DNA of 64,000 bases from an uncultured Flavobacteriaceae bacterium (lineage in GTDB: Bacteria > Bacteroidota > Bacteroidia > Flavobacteriales > Flavobacteriaceae). Of this stretch, positions 40,234 through 50,020 are shown piece by piece. The DNA lies in assembly GCA_963827785.1 (NCBI GenBank), contig CAWHCT010000020.1, forward strand, positions 180,129 through 244,128. Direction: 5' to 3'. Below the pieces are notes generated by a model. The model ran no database searches. It had not been told where the DNA came from and saw nothing but the letters and a program-made list of their open reading frames with translations. The stretch's first letter is position 1. Each line of letters opens with the position of its first letter. The position numbers were made by a program, and so were the translations under genes.

Positions 40234-41126
40234 TCAATTGTCAATTCTCTGAATAATTTCTCTAAACTCTGATTTTTCTTGTTAAGTTGAAGGATTTTAA
40301 GCTCATTATCATGGGCAAAATCGAAAACTATAGAACGCATATCTTCTGAAGTGGCAAAGGTCAATTCATAAACAAAATCATTCGTATTGATAACCTTTTC
40401 AACTTTAGGTAATTTCTTCAAAAAGGCTTCTTCAACTCTGTAATCAAATTCAACAACAATAATTTGTTCCTTATCATCTTTTAACTCGCTCAATTTTTTA
40501 TCGGCAACAATTTCTCCTTTGTTAATAATTATAACTCTATCACATATAGCTTCTACTTCCTGCATGATATGGGTTGATAAAAATATTGTTTTTTCCTTTC
40601 CGACATTTATTATCAATTCCCTTATCTCGACCAATTGGTTTGGATCTAATCCTGTTGTTGGTTCATCTAGAATCAATACTTCAGGGTCGTGCAATAAGGC
40701 ATTTGCCAATCCTACACGTTGTCTAAAACCTTTTGAAAGTTGACCTATTTTCTTGTGAGATTCGGATTCTAATCCGGTTAATGAGATGACTTCAGGTATC
40801 CTCTTGGCATCAACATTGTAAACACCTGCATTAAATGCAAGATATTCTTTTACATACATGTCTAAATATAAAGGATTGTGCTCTGGCAAATATCCAACAC
40901 TCCTTTGCACATTTATACTATCTGTTAACACATTGAAATCATTTACTTCTGCTTCCCCGGCAGTAGCATTTAAAAAGGATGTCAATATTTTCATCATTGT
41001 GGATTTTCCGGCACCATTTGGACCTAAAAAACCAACAATTTCTCCTTTTTTTATGCTAAAAGATATATTATTCAGAGCCTTTTGAGTTCCATATACCTTA
41101 GTAAGATTTTCGACTTTTATTGACAT
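40230..41126 (-). CDS. gldA: ABC transporter ATP-binding protein, gliding-motility GldA type
   Basis: 298 aa. Walker A GPNGAGKST, signature LSKGFRQR and Walker B LILDEPTTGLD. The N-terminus MSIKVENLTKVYG…EIVGFLGPNGAGKSTMMKILT resembles Flavobacterium GldA. Confidence 0.7.
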   Translation of the reverse strand: MSIKVENLTKVYGTQKALNNISFSIKKGEIVGFLGPNGAGKSTMMKILTSFLNATAGEAEVNDFNVLTDSINVQRSVGYLPEHNPLYLDMYVKEYLAFNAGVYNVDAKRIPEVISLTGLESESHKKIGQLSKGFRQRVGLANALLHDPEVLILDEPTTGLDPNQLVEIRELIINVGKEKTIFLSTHIMQEVEAICDRVIIINKGEIVADKKLSELKDDKEQIIVVEFDYRVEEAFLKKLPKVEKVINTNDFVYELTFATSEDMRSIVFDFAHDNELKILQLNKKNQSLEKLFRELTID

Positions 41127-41275
41127 GTTAAATATTTAGTTCAAAAATAAACATTATATAATTTAAATGAAGATTTAAGTATTTATCTTTAAAACTTGAT
41201 GTGAAAACGTAAAAAACACGGTTTTACTATTTTGAATTGTGAAATTATTATTTACATTAGCCGAATCAAAAAAAA

Positions 41276-41353
41276 ATGACAACATTAAATTATACATATT
41301 ATAACTGGTTCTATTTCTTTTTTAGCAAAGGGAACGAGACGATGTATGTTTAA
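41276..41353 (+). promoter_or_regulatory. aromatic amino acid leader peptide ORF (MTTLNYTYYNWFYFFFSKGNETMYV)
   Basis: 25 codons, 10 of them aromatic, including the run W-F-Y-F-F-F. It lies directly upstream of a terminator hairpin and pheA. Confidence 0.7.
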
Positions 41354-41376
41354 TTTATAAATGATAAATTAATTTG

Positions 41377-41406
41377 AAGTCTCGATGAAAATTCGGGACT
41401 TTTTTA
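41377..41406 (+). terminator. attenuator terminator of the pheA operon leader
   Basis: 8-bp stem aagtctcg/cgggactt (one G-U pair) followed by a T-run, ending 6 nt before the pheA ATG. cgagac at 41335-41340 can pair with gtctcg at 41379-41384 as an antiterminator. Confidence 0.65.
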
Positions 41407-41411
41407 TTTTT

Positions 41412-42240
41412 ATGATTAAATCAGTAGCCATACAAGGTATTTTAGGGTCATTTCATCACATTGTGTCACAGCAATATTTTGAAAAGGAAATTGCTGTCAA
41501 AGAGTGTCTAACATTCGATAAGGTTGTTGACAGTTTGGTTTCCATGGAATGTGATGCTGCCATTATGGCCATAGAGAATTCCATAGTGGGCTCTATCATC
41601 CCAAATTATGCCTTGATAGACACGAATCATTTACATATTGTAGGTGAGCATTATCTGGATATACAACACAACCTTATGGCATTAAACGGTCAGGAGATTA
41701 ATGATATCAAAGAAGTATATTCACATCCTATGGCTTTGTTGCAATGTAAGGAGTTTTTTAAGGATTATCCTCATATTAAATTAGTTGAAGATAAGGATAC
41801 TGCTGAGGTTGCCCAGAGAATTCAGGAACATAAAGCTTAAAAATATTGCTGCGATAGCAAGTGATTTAGCGGCAGAACTTTTTGAACTTAAAATTTTAGC
41901 AAAAAGCATTCAAACTATCAAACACAATGAAACTCGGTTTGTTATTGTAAAAAGGAACAATTCAGAAATACCAGAGTATAAAATTAATAAGGCATCTTTG
42001 AAATTTGAATTGCACCATAAAAGAGGAAGTTTGGCAACTATTTTAAATGTGATGAGTGACTGCCATTTAAATCTGACAAAGATCCAATCTTTACCAAAAA
42101 TTGATACACCATGGAAATACGCTTTTTTTGTGGATGTAACTTTTGAAAAATATGAAGACTATAAAAAAGCGAGATCCATAATGCAAATTATGGCCCAGGA
42201 ATTTAAAGTACTTGGAGAATACATAAATCATAAAATATGA
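41412..42240 (+). pseudogene. pheA: prephenate dehydratase, single +1 frame change in an A-run near 41832-41834
   Basis: The sequence …AEVAQRIQEHK joins to LKNIAAIASDLAAELFELKIL…NETRFVIV… after removing one A. An ACT domain lies at the C-terminus. Start moved to MIKSVAIQG. Confidence 0.8.
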
Positions 42241-43382
42241 TTGAACCTGCAGACAGATTAAATATAGTTGAGGAATATTATTTCTCTAAAAAACTTAGGG
42301 AAATAAGTGAACTTGAAACCAACGGGGTGTCCATTATAAATATGGGTATAGGAAGTCCGGACCTGCAGCCACCATCTCAAGTGGTGGAAGTGCTTAAAAA
42401 TAGTTTAAAAGACGAAAAGGCACATCAATACCAAAGCTACAGAGGTTTACCTGAGTTAAGAAAAGCAATGACTAATTTTTACAAGGAGCAATATTATGTT
42501 AGGTTAAATTCTGAAACTGACGTATTGCCGTTAATGGGAAGTAAAGAAGGCATCATGCACATTTCAATGGCCTTTTTAAACCCCGGTGATGAAGTGCTGA
42601 TTCCAAATCCGGGTTACCCAACCTATGCATCGGTAACTAATTTGGTGGGAGCTAAGGCTGTGTTTTATAATCTGGAGGAAAAGAATAAATGGCTGCCAGA
42701 TCTTGAAAAAATACAAAAACAAGACCTTTCAAAGGTAAAACTCATGTGGATAAGCTATCCACATATGCCTACAGGTGCAAAGGCCACAAAAAAGGTGTTT
42801 GAAGATATTGTTGCTTTTGCCAAAAAGCATAATATTTTGGTAGTCAATGACAATCCATATAGTTTTATCCTAAATGGCTATCCTTTAAGTTTATTAAATA
42901 TTACTGGAGCTAAGGATATTGGATTAGAATTAAATTCTATAAGTAAAACATTCAATATGGCTGGATGGCGAGTAGGTATGCTGGTTGGTAAGAAAAAATA
43001 TATTGATTATGTATTAAAAGTGAAAAGCAATATGGATTCCGGAATGTTTTATGGCCTGCAAAAAGGGGCGATTAAGGCTTTAAAATCGGGGACAATATGG
43101 TTTTCAAGTTTAACGAGTATATACAGACAACGCAGAGAATTAGTCTGGGAATTGGCCGAGATCTTGAATTGTACCTATGATAAACATGCAGCAGGATTAT
43201 TTGTTTGGGCTAAATTACCCGAAGGCAGTTCCAATTCAATTGAGTTTGTAGATCTTATTTTAAAAAACAAAGGAGTTTTTATTACACCGGGAAGTATTTT
43301 TGGCAGTCAGGGTGAAGGATATATTCGTTTTTCATTATGTGTTGATGAAGAAAAGATACAGGAAGCAATAAACAGGTTTTAA
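42237..43382 (+). CDS. class I/II PLP aminotransferase (aromatic/aspartate type)
   Basis: 381 aa. PLP lysine motif SISKTFNMAGWRVG. Lies inside the aromatic operon. Confidence 0.8.
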   Translation: MIEPADRLNIVEEYYFSKKLREISELETNGVSIINMGIGSPDLQPPSQVVEVLKNSLKDEKAHQYQSYRGLPELRKAMTNFYKEQYYVRLNSETDVLPLMGSKEGIMHISMAFLNPGDEVLIPNPGYPTYASVTNLVGAKAVFYNLEEKNKWLPDLEKIQKQDLSKVKLMWISYPHMPTGAKATKKVFEDIVAFAKKHNILVVNDNPYSFILNGYPLSLLNITGAKDIGLELNSISKTFNMAGWRVGMLVGKKKYIDYVLKVKSNMDSGMFYGLQKGAIKALKSGTIWFSSLTSIYRQRRELVWELAEILNCTYDKHAAGLFVWAKLPEGSSNSIEFVDLILKNKGVFITPGSIFGSQGEGYIRFSLCVDEEKIQEAINRF

Positions 43383-44234
43383 ATGAAAAATATTTTTATA
43401 ATAGGTATTGGTCTTATTGGAGGTAGTATGGCATTGGATATAAAGAAATTATATCCTGATTCCCAAGTATATGGTATTGATGTAAACGAAGAGCACTTAG
43501 ATCAAGCTTTGAATTTAAAATTAATAGACAAGAAAGGCCAAGTAGATGAATTGGCAAAAGCAGACCTAGTTGTGCTATCTATTCCAGTTGATGCTTCATT
43601 GGAAATTATTGATAAGGTTTTGGAAAATATCTCCGATACTACTCTAGTAATAGACGTAGGGTCTACAAAACAGATCTTTTGTCAAAATATTTCCAACCAC
43701 TCAAAGCGAAGAAATTTGTTGGCAACCCATCCTATAGCCGGAACAGAACATTCAGGTCCAAAGGCAGCAATTAACGGATTATTCAAAAATAAAACAATCA
43801 TAATCTGTGAAGTGGAAAAAACGGCATTTAAACTTCAGGAAAAAGCACTAAAACTTTTTGGTCAATTGGGTATGCGAATTCGGTATATGAATCCCAAAGC
43901 ACATGATAAGCATATAGCTTATGTCTCACATCTGTCGCACATCAGTTCATTTATGCTAGGCAAAACGGTTATAGAAAAGGAAAAGAATGAAAGAGACATT
44001 TTTGATATGGCAGGCAGTGGTTTTGAGTCTACAGTTCGGCTAGCCAAGAGTTCACCGGAAATGTGGACACCTATTTTTAAACAAAACAAAGACAATGTTT
44101 TAGAAACATTAGATGAATATATTGCTAACTTAAATCAGTTTAAAACCTTGATGGAAAATAATGATTTTGAAGCAATTTATAATGAAATGAAAAACACAAA
44201 TTATATTAAGCAAATATTAAAAGGAATAGAATAA
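43383..44234 (+). CDS. tyrA: prephenate dehydrogenase
   Basis: 283 aa. IGIGLIGGS Rossmann fold and an HPIAGTE motif. Confidence 0.85.
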   Translation: MKNIFIIGIGLIGGSMALDIKKLYPDSQVYGIDVNEEHLDQALNLKLIDKKGQVDELAKADLVVLSIPVDASLEIIDKVLENISDTTLVIDVGSTKQIFCQNISNHSKRRNLLATHPIAGTEHSGPKAAINGLFKNKTIIICEVEKTAFKLQEKALKLFGQLGMRIRYMNPKAHDKHIAYVSHLSHISSFMLGKTVIEKEKNERDIFDMAGSGFESTVRLAKSSPEMWTPIFKQNKDNVLETLDEYIANLNQFKTLMENNDFEAIYNEMKNTNYIKQILKGIE

Positions 44235-44241
44235 AGGACCT

Positions 44242-45324
44242 ATGGAAAATAAAAAAGAATTAAGGACCTGGTTAAATGATCTTAAACTGGATCATCCACT
44301 TGTTATAGCAGGACCATGCAGTGCAGAAACAGAAGAACAAGTTTTAAAAATAGCTCATGGATTAAAAGGTACAGATGTAAGCTATTTCAGGGCAGGAATT
44401 TGGAAACCGAGAACCAGACCGGGTAATTTTGAAGGAGTTGGCGCTTTAGGACTTAAATGGCTGCAAAAGGTTAAAGAAGAAACCGGTTTAAAAACAGCTA
44501 CAGAAGTTGCTAATAGAGCCCATGTGGAATTAGCTTTGGAACATGATATTGATTTATTATGGATAGGAGCCAGATCAACAGTCAGCCCATTTATTGTTCA
44601 GGAAATAGCTGATGCATTGCAAGGAACAGATAAAATTGTTTTGGTTAAAAATCCGGTAAATCCTGACCTTTCATTATGGCTTGGTGCAGTTGAGCGATTA
44701 GCAACTTCAGATATTAAAAAACTCGGAGTGATTCACAGAGGATTCTCAACCTATGAAAAATCAAAATATAGGAATAATCCGGAATGGCAATTACCAATTG
44801 AATTGCAAAACCGTTTTCCTGATTTACCTTTAATTTTAGACCCATCACATATTGCGGGGAATAGGGATTTGATTTTTGACATATCACAAACAGCATTAGA
44901 CTTAAATTTTGATGGCTTAATGATAGAAACTCACCATAACCCGGATAAAGCATGGAGTGATGCTGCACAACAAGTAACACCAAAAACGCTTATCCAGATC
45001 ATGAAAGATCTTAAAATTAGAAAAGAAACAAATCCTGAAGCCGAATACACAACTGCTATAAATAATTTGAGAGCTCAAATTGATGTAGTAGACAATCAGA
45101 TTATTGAATTGCTTGGCAAGCGAATGAAAGTTTCAGACGGAATAGGTAATCTTAAAAAGGCAAATAATGTGGCCGTTTTACAATCTAAAAGATGGAATGA
45201 GATCTTAGGTAAGATGGTACTTGAAGGTCAAGATCATGGTTTAAGTGAAGAATTTGTTTTAAAAATGTTTAAGGCAATTCATCAGGAATCAATTAACCAT
45301 CAGGAAAAAATATTTAAAGAATAA
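44242..45324 (+). CDS. bifunctional 3-deoxy-7-phosphoheptulonate synthase (type I-beta) / chorismate mutase
   Basis: 360 aa. Motifs GPCSAE and DPSH. C-terminal CM_2-like helix region LRAQIDVVDNQIIELLGKRMKVS. Confidence 0.85.
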   Translation: MENKKELRTWLNDLKLDHPLVIAGPCSAETEEQVLKIAHGLKGTDVSYFRAGIWKPRTRPGNFEGVGALGLKWLQKVKEETGLKTATEVANRAHVELALEHDIDLLWIGARSTVSPFIVQEIADALQGTDKIVLVKNPVNPDLSLWLGAVERLATSDIKKLGVIHRGFSTYEKSKYRNNPEWQLPIELQNRFPDLPLILDPSHIAGNRDLIFDISQTALDLNFDGLMIETHHNPDKAWSDAAQQVTPKTLIQIMKDLKIRKETNPEAEYTTAINNLRAQIDVVDNQIIELLGKRMKVSDGIGNLKKANNVAVLQSKRWNEILGKMVLEGQDHGLSEEFVLKMFKAIHQESINHQEKIFKE

Positions 45325-45352
45325 AAAAGGCTCGCATTTGCGAGCCTTTTTT
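45325..45352. terminator. bidirectional rho-independent terminator
   Basis: aaaaggctcgc-attt-gcgagcctttttt. A 7-bp GC-rich stem flanked by A- and T-runs, between convergent genes. Confidence 0.85.
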
Positions 45353-45368
45353 ATAAATATAAGGAAGA

Positions 45369-46031
45369 TTAATCCTTGTTTTTACTTTTCTTAGTGTAGG
45401 CCAGTCTTCTGGAAGCTTTTCTCATAAGAATATTTATTAAATCTTCAGAACTGCTTCCAATACTGCCACTGACTTTCTTATTATAGTTCCAAAGTAAAAT
45501 ACCGTCTACAGCATTATGTACACTCATGTTGACTACAGCATTGTTGGTAGAGCCAAAAAAACCAAATAAGGTTCCTAAAACTACCGCAGCGCCTTCTGAC
45601 ATGGGTTTATTGGTTTCAAACTCACCCGAAATCACAGCATCAACTTCCAGAAATTTAGCTAATTCCTGGGGAGTAAAATCGGTAATATTATCATAAGATA
45701 TTTCATTTCTTTTTAGTAATGCCGTAGTAACTTTTGGATCCTGTATTTCAAGAGTTTGAAGATCACCTCTTTTTTTTCGTTTTAAAAACCAAGAGTACAT
45801 AGCACTTTGAATTCCTTCTCCTTCGGCCTTTTCCAACCTCTGTAACTGTTCACCAGACATGTCTTTCATTTGCTTTGGACGCAGCTTAACCTGAGTCTTA
45901 AAGGGCACAATGGCAATAATCTTATGAGATTCCGCAATCTTGTCAAAATCAGGGTTTTCGTATAGGTTAGTTTGTGCAACAGCAAATAAGCTAATGCAGA
46001 ATAAAATAATTATTAAAAAAGATTTTTTCAT
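45369..46031 (-). CDS. hypothetical secreted protein
   Basis: 220 aa. Signal peptide MKKSFLIIILFCISLFAVAQ. No family recognised. Confidence 0.6.
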   Translation of the reverse strand: MKKSFLIIILFCISLFAVAQTNLYENPDFDKIAESHKIIAIVPFKTQVKLRPKQMKDMSGEQLQRLEKAEGEGIQSAMYSWFLKRKKRGDLQTLEIQDPKVTTALLKRNEISYDNITDFTPQELAKFLEVDAVISGEFETNKPMSEGAAVVLGTLFGFFGSTNNAVVNMSVHNAVDGILLWNYNKKVSGSIGSSSEDLINILMRKASRRLAYTKKSKNKD

Positions 46032-46123
46032 GTTATTATTTGAGTTTAAAAATTATGAAACTAAGATACATATTTTCTTTCTCTGAAATGTTGTTAATTT
46101 GTAATTCAGAATCAATATAATTA

Positions 46124-47074
46124 ATGACAGGAACGGTTTATAAATCTACAGGAAGCTGGTATAGTGTAAAAACCCAAAATGGAAAATCTTTTGAATGCCG
46201 GATCAAAGGAAAATTCCGCTTAAGAGATATTAAAAGCACAAACCCAATTGCCGTTGGTGATCATGTTGATTTTGAGTTGGAAACAAAAAATGATGAGGTC
46301 ACCGGAGTAATAAACAGAATACATGACAGAACCAATTATATTGTTCGTAAATCAGTTAATCTTGCTAAGCAAACACACATAATTGCTTCAAATATCGATC
46401 AGGTATTTTTATTGATCACCATTGATAATCCGCCAACTTTCCCGAGTTTCATTGATCGGTTTTTAGCTACTGCTGAGGCGTATTCAATTAAAACGATCCT
46501 TCTGTTCAATAAGATTGATAGCTATGATGAAGAAGCTTTACTTGAAGTAAAAAGCTTGGAATCCATTTACAGAAAAATAGGCTATGAATGTATTGAGATT
46601 TCAGCTAAAACCAATAAAAATATTGACAAGGTAAAACTATTGATGCATGATAAAGTAAGTATGTTTGCAGGTCATTCGGGAGTTGGAAAATCAACCTTGG
46701 TCAATGCTATTGAACCGGGTTTAGATCTTAAGACAAAGGAAATTTCACTTCAACATCAACAAGGGCAGCACACCACAACTTTTGCAGAAATGTATGATCT
46801 AGGTTTTGAAGCCAAAATAATTGATACACCTGGAATAAAAGGATTCGGACTTGTGGATATGGATAAGGATGAAGTTGGGGATTATTTTCCCGAGTTTTTT
46901 GCTTTAAAACAAGAATGTAAATTTAACAATTGCCTGCATGTCCAGGAACCGGGATGTGCTGTAAAAAAGGCTTTGGAAGAGGATAAAATAGCCTATTCCA
47001 GATACAAAAGTTATTTACAAATATTGGAAGGAGAAGATGAGAATTATAGAACTGATAACTGGGAAAGAACATGA
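46124..47074 (+). CDS. rsgA: ribosome small subunit-dependent GTPase A
   Basis: 316 aa. Circularly permuted GTPase (NKID … GHSGVGKSTL) with zinc knuckle CKFNNCLHVQEPGC. Confidence 0.9.
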   Translation: MTGTVYKSTGSWYSVKTQNGKSFECRIKGKFRLRDIKSTNPIAVGDHVDFELETKNDEVTGVINRIHDRTNYIVRKSVNLAKQTHIIASNIDQVFLLITIDNPPTFPSFIDRFLATAEAYSIKTILLFNKIDSYDEEALLEVKSLESIYRKIGYECIEISAKTNKNIDKVKLLMHDKVSMFAGHSGVGKSTLVNAIEPGLDLKTKEISLQHQQGQHTTTFAEMYDLGFEAKIIDTPGIKGFGLVDMDKDEVGDYFPEFFALKQECKFNNCLHVQEPGCAVKKALEEDKIAYSRYKSYLQILEGEDENYRTDNWERT

Positions 47075-47526
47075 GAGCTGTAATTCAAAGGGTTTCTGAG
47101 GCTGGTGTAACTGTTAATAAGGAAAAGATTGCAAAGATTTCTGAAGGATTGTTGATTCTTTTGGGTATAGTTAATGAAGACGATCTGGAAGATATAAATT
47201 GGCTTTCCAATAAAATAGCAAATCTTCGTATTTTTTCTGATGAAGATGGAGTTATGAACAGGTCACTAACTGAAATAAATGGTGAAGCGCTTGTTGTTAG
47301 TCAGTTTACCTTGCATGCGAATACAAGGAAAGGTAACAGACCAAGCTATATAAAAGCCGCAAAACCTGATATTGCAGTTCCATTATATGAAGAATTTGTC
47401 AAGCGGTTACAATTGGATATTGGTAAAAAAGTGCAAACAGGACAATTTGGGGCCGATATGAAAATTGACCTGATCAATAATGGGCCGGTAACAATTATTA
47501 TTGATACAAAGGATAAAAATATATGA
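47071..47526 (+). CDS. dtd: D-aminoacyl-tRNA deacylase
   Basis: 151 aa. MRAVIQRV…, SQFTL and NNGPVT motifs. Confidence 0.9.
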   Translation: MRAVIQRVSEAGVTVNKEKIAKISEGLLILLGIVNEDDLEDINWLSNKIANLRIFSDEDGVMNRSLTEINGEALVVSQFTLHANTRKGNRPSYIKAAKPDIAVPLYEEFVKRLQLDIGKKVQTGQFGADMKIDLINNGPVTIIIDTKDKNI

Positions 47527-47690
47527 CACAAAAAAGGGTTAATAAAAATAAATTATAACGTTTTATTCTTAATGGATAGTCCAAATAAAAAATTAAATTT
47601 GTGAACCAAGTTTTGAACATCTCCTAGATCTGTCATAAACAATTGCCTGCATTGGAATTAATGAATTAATAAACTTCATCTATTTAGTAA

Positions 47691-49697
47691 ATGCGTAGAG
47701 TATTTTTCGGGCTTATCATTTTTTTAACACTTACAGTTGCTCGGGCTCAATCGTATAAATTTGGGGACGTAAGTAAGGAAGAATTAATAGAAACTTCAAA
47801 TAACAAATTCCCTGATGCAAATGCTACAATTTTATACAGAAAGCAATTTATTTACTTTGAAGACACAAGTGATAATACTGTCATTCAAAAAGCAGAAATA
47901 TATGAACGCATAAAAATTTATAACAGAGATGGTTTTGATCAGGCAACAAAATTCATAACCCTTTATAGCAATGAAAAGATAAGCGATCTGCAAGCTGTTA
48001 CTTTTAATTATGAAGACAATGAGATTGTCAAAAGCAATTTTAAGAAAGACAGTATTGTTGAAATAGTGAATAATTCAAGAATTAATACTTCAAAATATAT
48101 TTTATCTAATCTAAAAGAGGGATGTATCATTGAGTTCAAATATATTCTGGAGTCAGAATGTTGTTTCACATCGAATATTCCGCTACAAATGGATATACCA
48201 ATTAAGAGACTGGATGTAAGATTGATAATTCCCGATTCCTTGAATTTTGAAACCATATTTAATCCAAATTCGTCAATTGTTCCTAAAATTGAGAGATCCA
48301 AAAGAATTCGTGAAGACAATTCTAATACAAATGTCGGAAATGCAAAGATTGGACAAAACAAAGATGGAATATCAGAAAATATAATAATTATAACAAATAC
48401 TGATGTTCCTGCCATAAAGGAGGAACCATTTGCAGATGTTGAATCTTACAGAGCCAAGTTGAGTCTAATGCCGAATCAATCAAAAATTGAAGAAGAAAAG
48501 GATTTAGCTTCAAATTGGAATGAAATTTCGAGATCTATATACTCAAGTCCTGAATTTAAAGATCAACTAGACCAAAGCGATTTATTTGAAGAAGACCTTA
48601 AAACTGTACTAAATGGCACTGAGAGTGATTATGAAAAGGCAGCTATACTTTATAATTTCATTAAACTAAAAATGAAATGGAATGGAATAGATGGATATTC
48701 TACTAAGCTAGGTATTAGAAAGGCTTTTAACATTGGTGCCGGAAATACGGCAGATATTAATTTAACACTTTTATCTTTATTGAGATATGCAGGATTAAAT
48801 GCAAATCCTGTATTAATAAATACTCTTAATAATGGAGTGCCTAAAAACCCATCTAAAAATGCTTTTAATTATGTTTTATGTGCCGTTGATATTGATAACA
48901 ACTATTTATTTCTTGATGCAACCGATGAATTCTCGTCACCTAATGTTTTACCTTTAAAGGCACTGACTGGCAAAGGGTTAATAATTAAAGAGGAAGGTGC
49001 TTCTCAATGGATAGATTTGACTCCAAAAAGGTCCTCTGCAAAAAAAGTTGATATAAACGTAAAAATAAATACTGATCTGTCCATATCAGGAATAGTGAAA
49101 TCTCAATATACTGATTATTTGGCTGCAAATTATCGAAATCAGGTTAAGACATATACTAAGAAAGACCTAGTAAATAGTATTAAGAAAAATAATAGCGGTC
49201 TTGGAATTTATGATTTTAAATCAATAAGCGAGAGTGATTATAGAAATACTGTCAAGCAATCTTTTGATTTTACCGGCAATTCTATAATTAGAAAAACCGG
49301 TGATAAATTGTACTTTTCTCCGATACTCTTCCTGGAACCAGAAGGTAATCCATTCAATGAAGACACCAGAAATCACCCAATAGATTTTAAATATCCTATT
49401 GAAAATGAATACAAAATAAATATAGCTGTACCTAGAGGATATAAGGTTGAATATTTACCAAAAAATGATATTATCCGGTTCAACAACAACGATGGTGAAT
49501 TTACCTATTTGGCTAGAGAAGTTGGCAGCATGCTTCAATTCATTTTAACTCTCAAATTAAATAAAACCTTAGTTTTACAGGAGGAATATCAAAATATCAG
49601 GCAGTTTTATCAGTCGATATTAGATAAGAAACAAGAAGAAGTAATCCTAAAAGAAGTAGATTATGAACCTAAAAGGCGCACAAAAAACAGTAGATAA
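47691..49697 (+). CDS. DUF3857/transglutaminase-like domain protein
   Basis: 668 aa. Signal peptide, then the layout typical of DUF3857-transglutaminase-DUF3858 proteins (…NYVLCAV…LFLDATD…). Confidence 0.65.
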   Translation: MRRVFFGLIIFLTLTVARAQSYKFGDVSKEELIETSNNKFPDANATILYRKQFIYFEDTSDNTVIQKAEIYERIKIYNRDGFDQATKFITLYSNEKISDLQAVTFNYEDNEIVKSNFKKDSIVEIVNNSRINTSKYILSNLKEGCIIEFKYILESECCFTSNIPLQMDIPIKRLDVRLIIPDSLNFETIFNPNSSIVPKIERSKRIREDNSNTNVGNAKIGQNKDGISENIIIITNTDVPAIKEEPFADVESYRAKLSLMPNQSKIEEEKDLASNWNEISRSIYSSPEFKDQLDQSDLFEEDLKTVLNGTESDYEKAAILYNFIKLKMKWNGIDGYSTKLGIRKAFNIGAGNTADINLTLLSLLRYAGLNANPVLINTLNNGVPKNPSKNAFNYVLCAVDIDNNYLFLDATDEFSSPNVLPLKALTGKGLIIKEEGASQWIDLTPKRSSAKKVDINVKINTDLSISGIVKSQYTDYLAANYRNQVKTYTKKDLVNSIKKNNSGLGIYDFKSISESDYRNTVKQSFDFTGNSIIRKTGDKLYFSPILFLEPEGNPFNEDTRNHPIDFKYPIENEYKINIAVPRGYKVEYLPKNDIIRFNNNDGEFTYLAREVGSMLQFILTLKLNKTLVLQEEYQNIRQFYQSILDKKQEEVILKEVDYEPKRRTKNSR

Positions 49698-49989
49698 TTG
49701 GATTCAGGATCATGGAGTTCGTTATTTTAATGAATTGACCAATATGGCTCAACTTACAGAAGAAGTCGGTGAAGTTGCGAGAATAATTGCAAGACGTTAT
49801 GGAGAGCAAAGCGAAAAGGAAAGTGATAAAGACAAAGATCTTGGTGAAGAACTGGCTGATGTGCTTTTTGTAGTGTTATGTTTAGCGAATCAAACAGGAA
49901 TCGATCTCCAGGAAGCCTTCGATAAAAGAATGGATAAAAAAACGAAGCGAGATCACGACAGACACCATAATAATCAAAAATTAAAGTAG
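49663..49989 (+). CDS. MazG-like nucleotide pyrophosphohydrolase
   Basis: 108 aa. EEVGEVARI…ELADVLFVVLCLAN (EExxE…ExxD). Overlaps the upstream gene by 35 nt. Confidence 0.8.
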   Translation: MNLKGAQKTVDNWIQDHGVRYFNELTNMAQLTEEVGEVARIIARRYGEQSEKESDKDKDLGEELADVLFVVLCLANQTGIDLQEAFDKRMDKKTKRDHDRHHNNQKLK

Positions 49990-50020
49990 TTTAGCGCACA
50001 TAACAATTTGACAGTTTTTA

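Noticed and set aside
49663-49697. The 35-nt overlap between the DUF3857/transglutaminase gene and the MazG-like gene, as a possible frameshift or fusion.
   Set aside because: The MazG-like ORF from 49663 gives a family-typical full-length N-terminus (…QKTVDNWIQDHGVRYFNELTNMAQLTEEVGEV). The upstream gene ends naturally, so this looks like an ordinary overlap.
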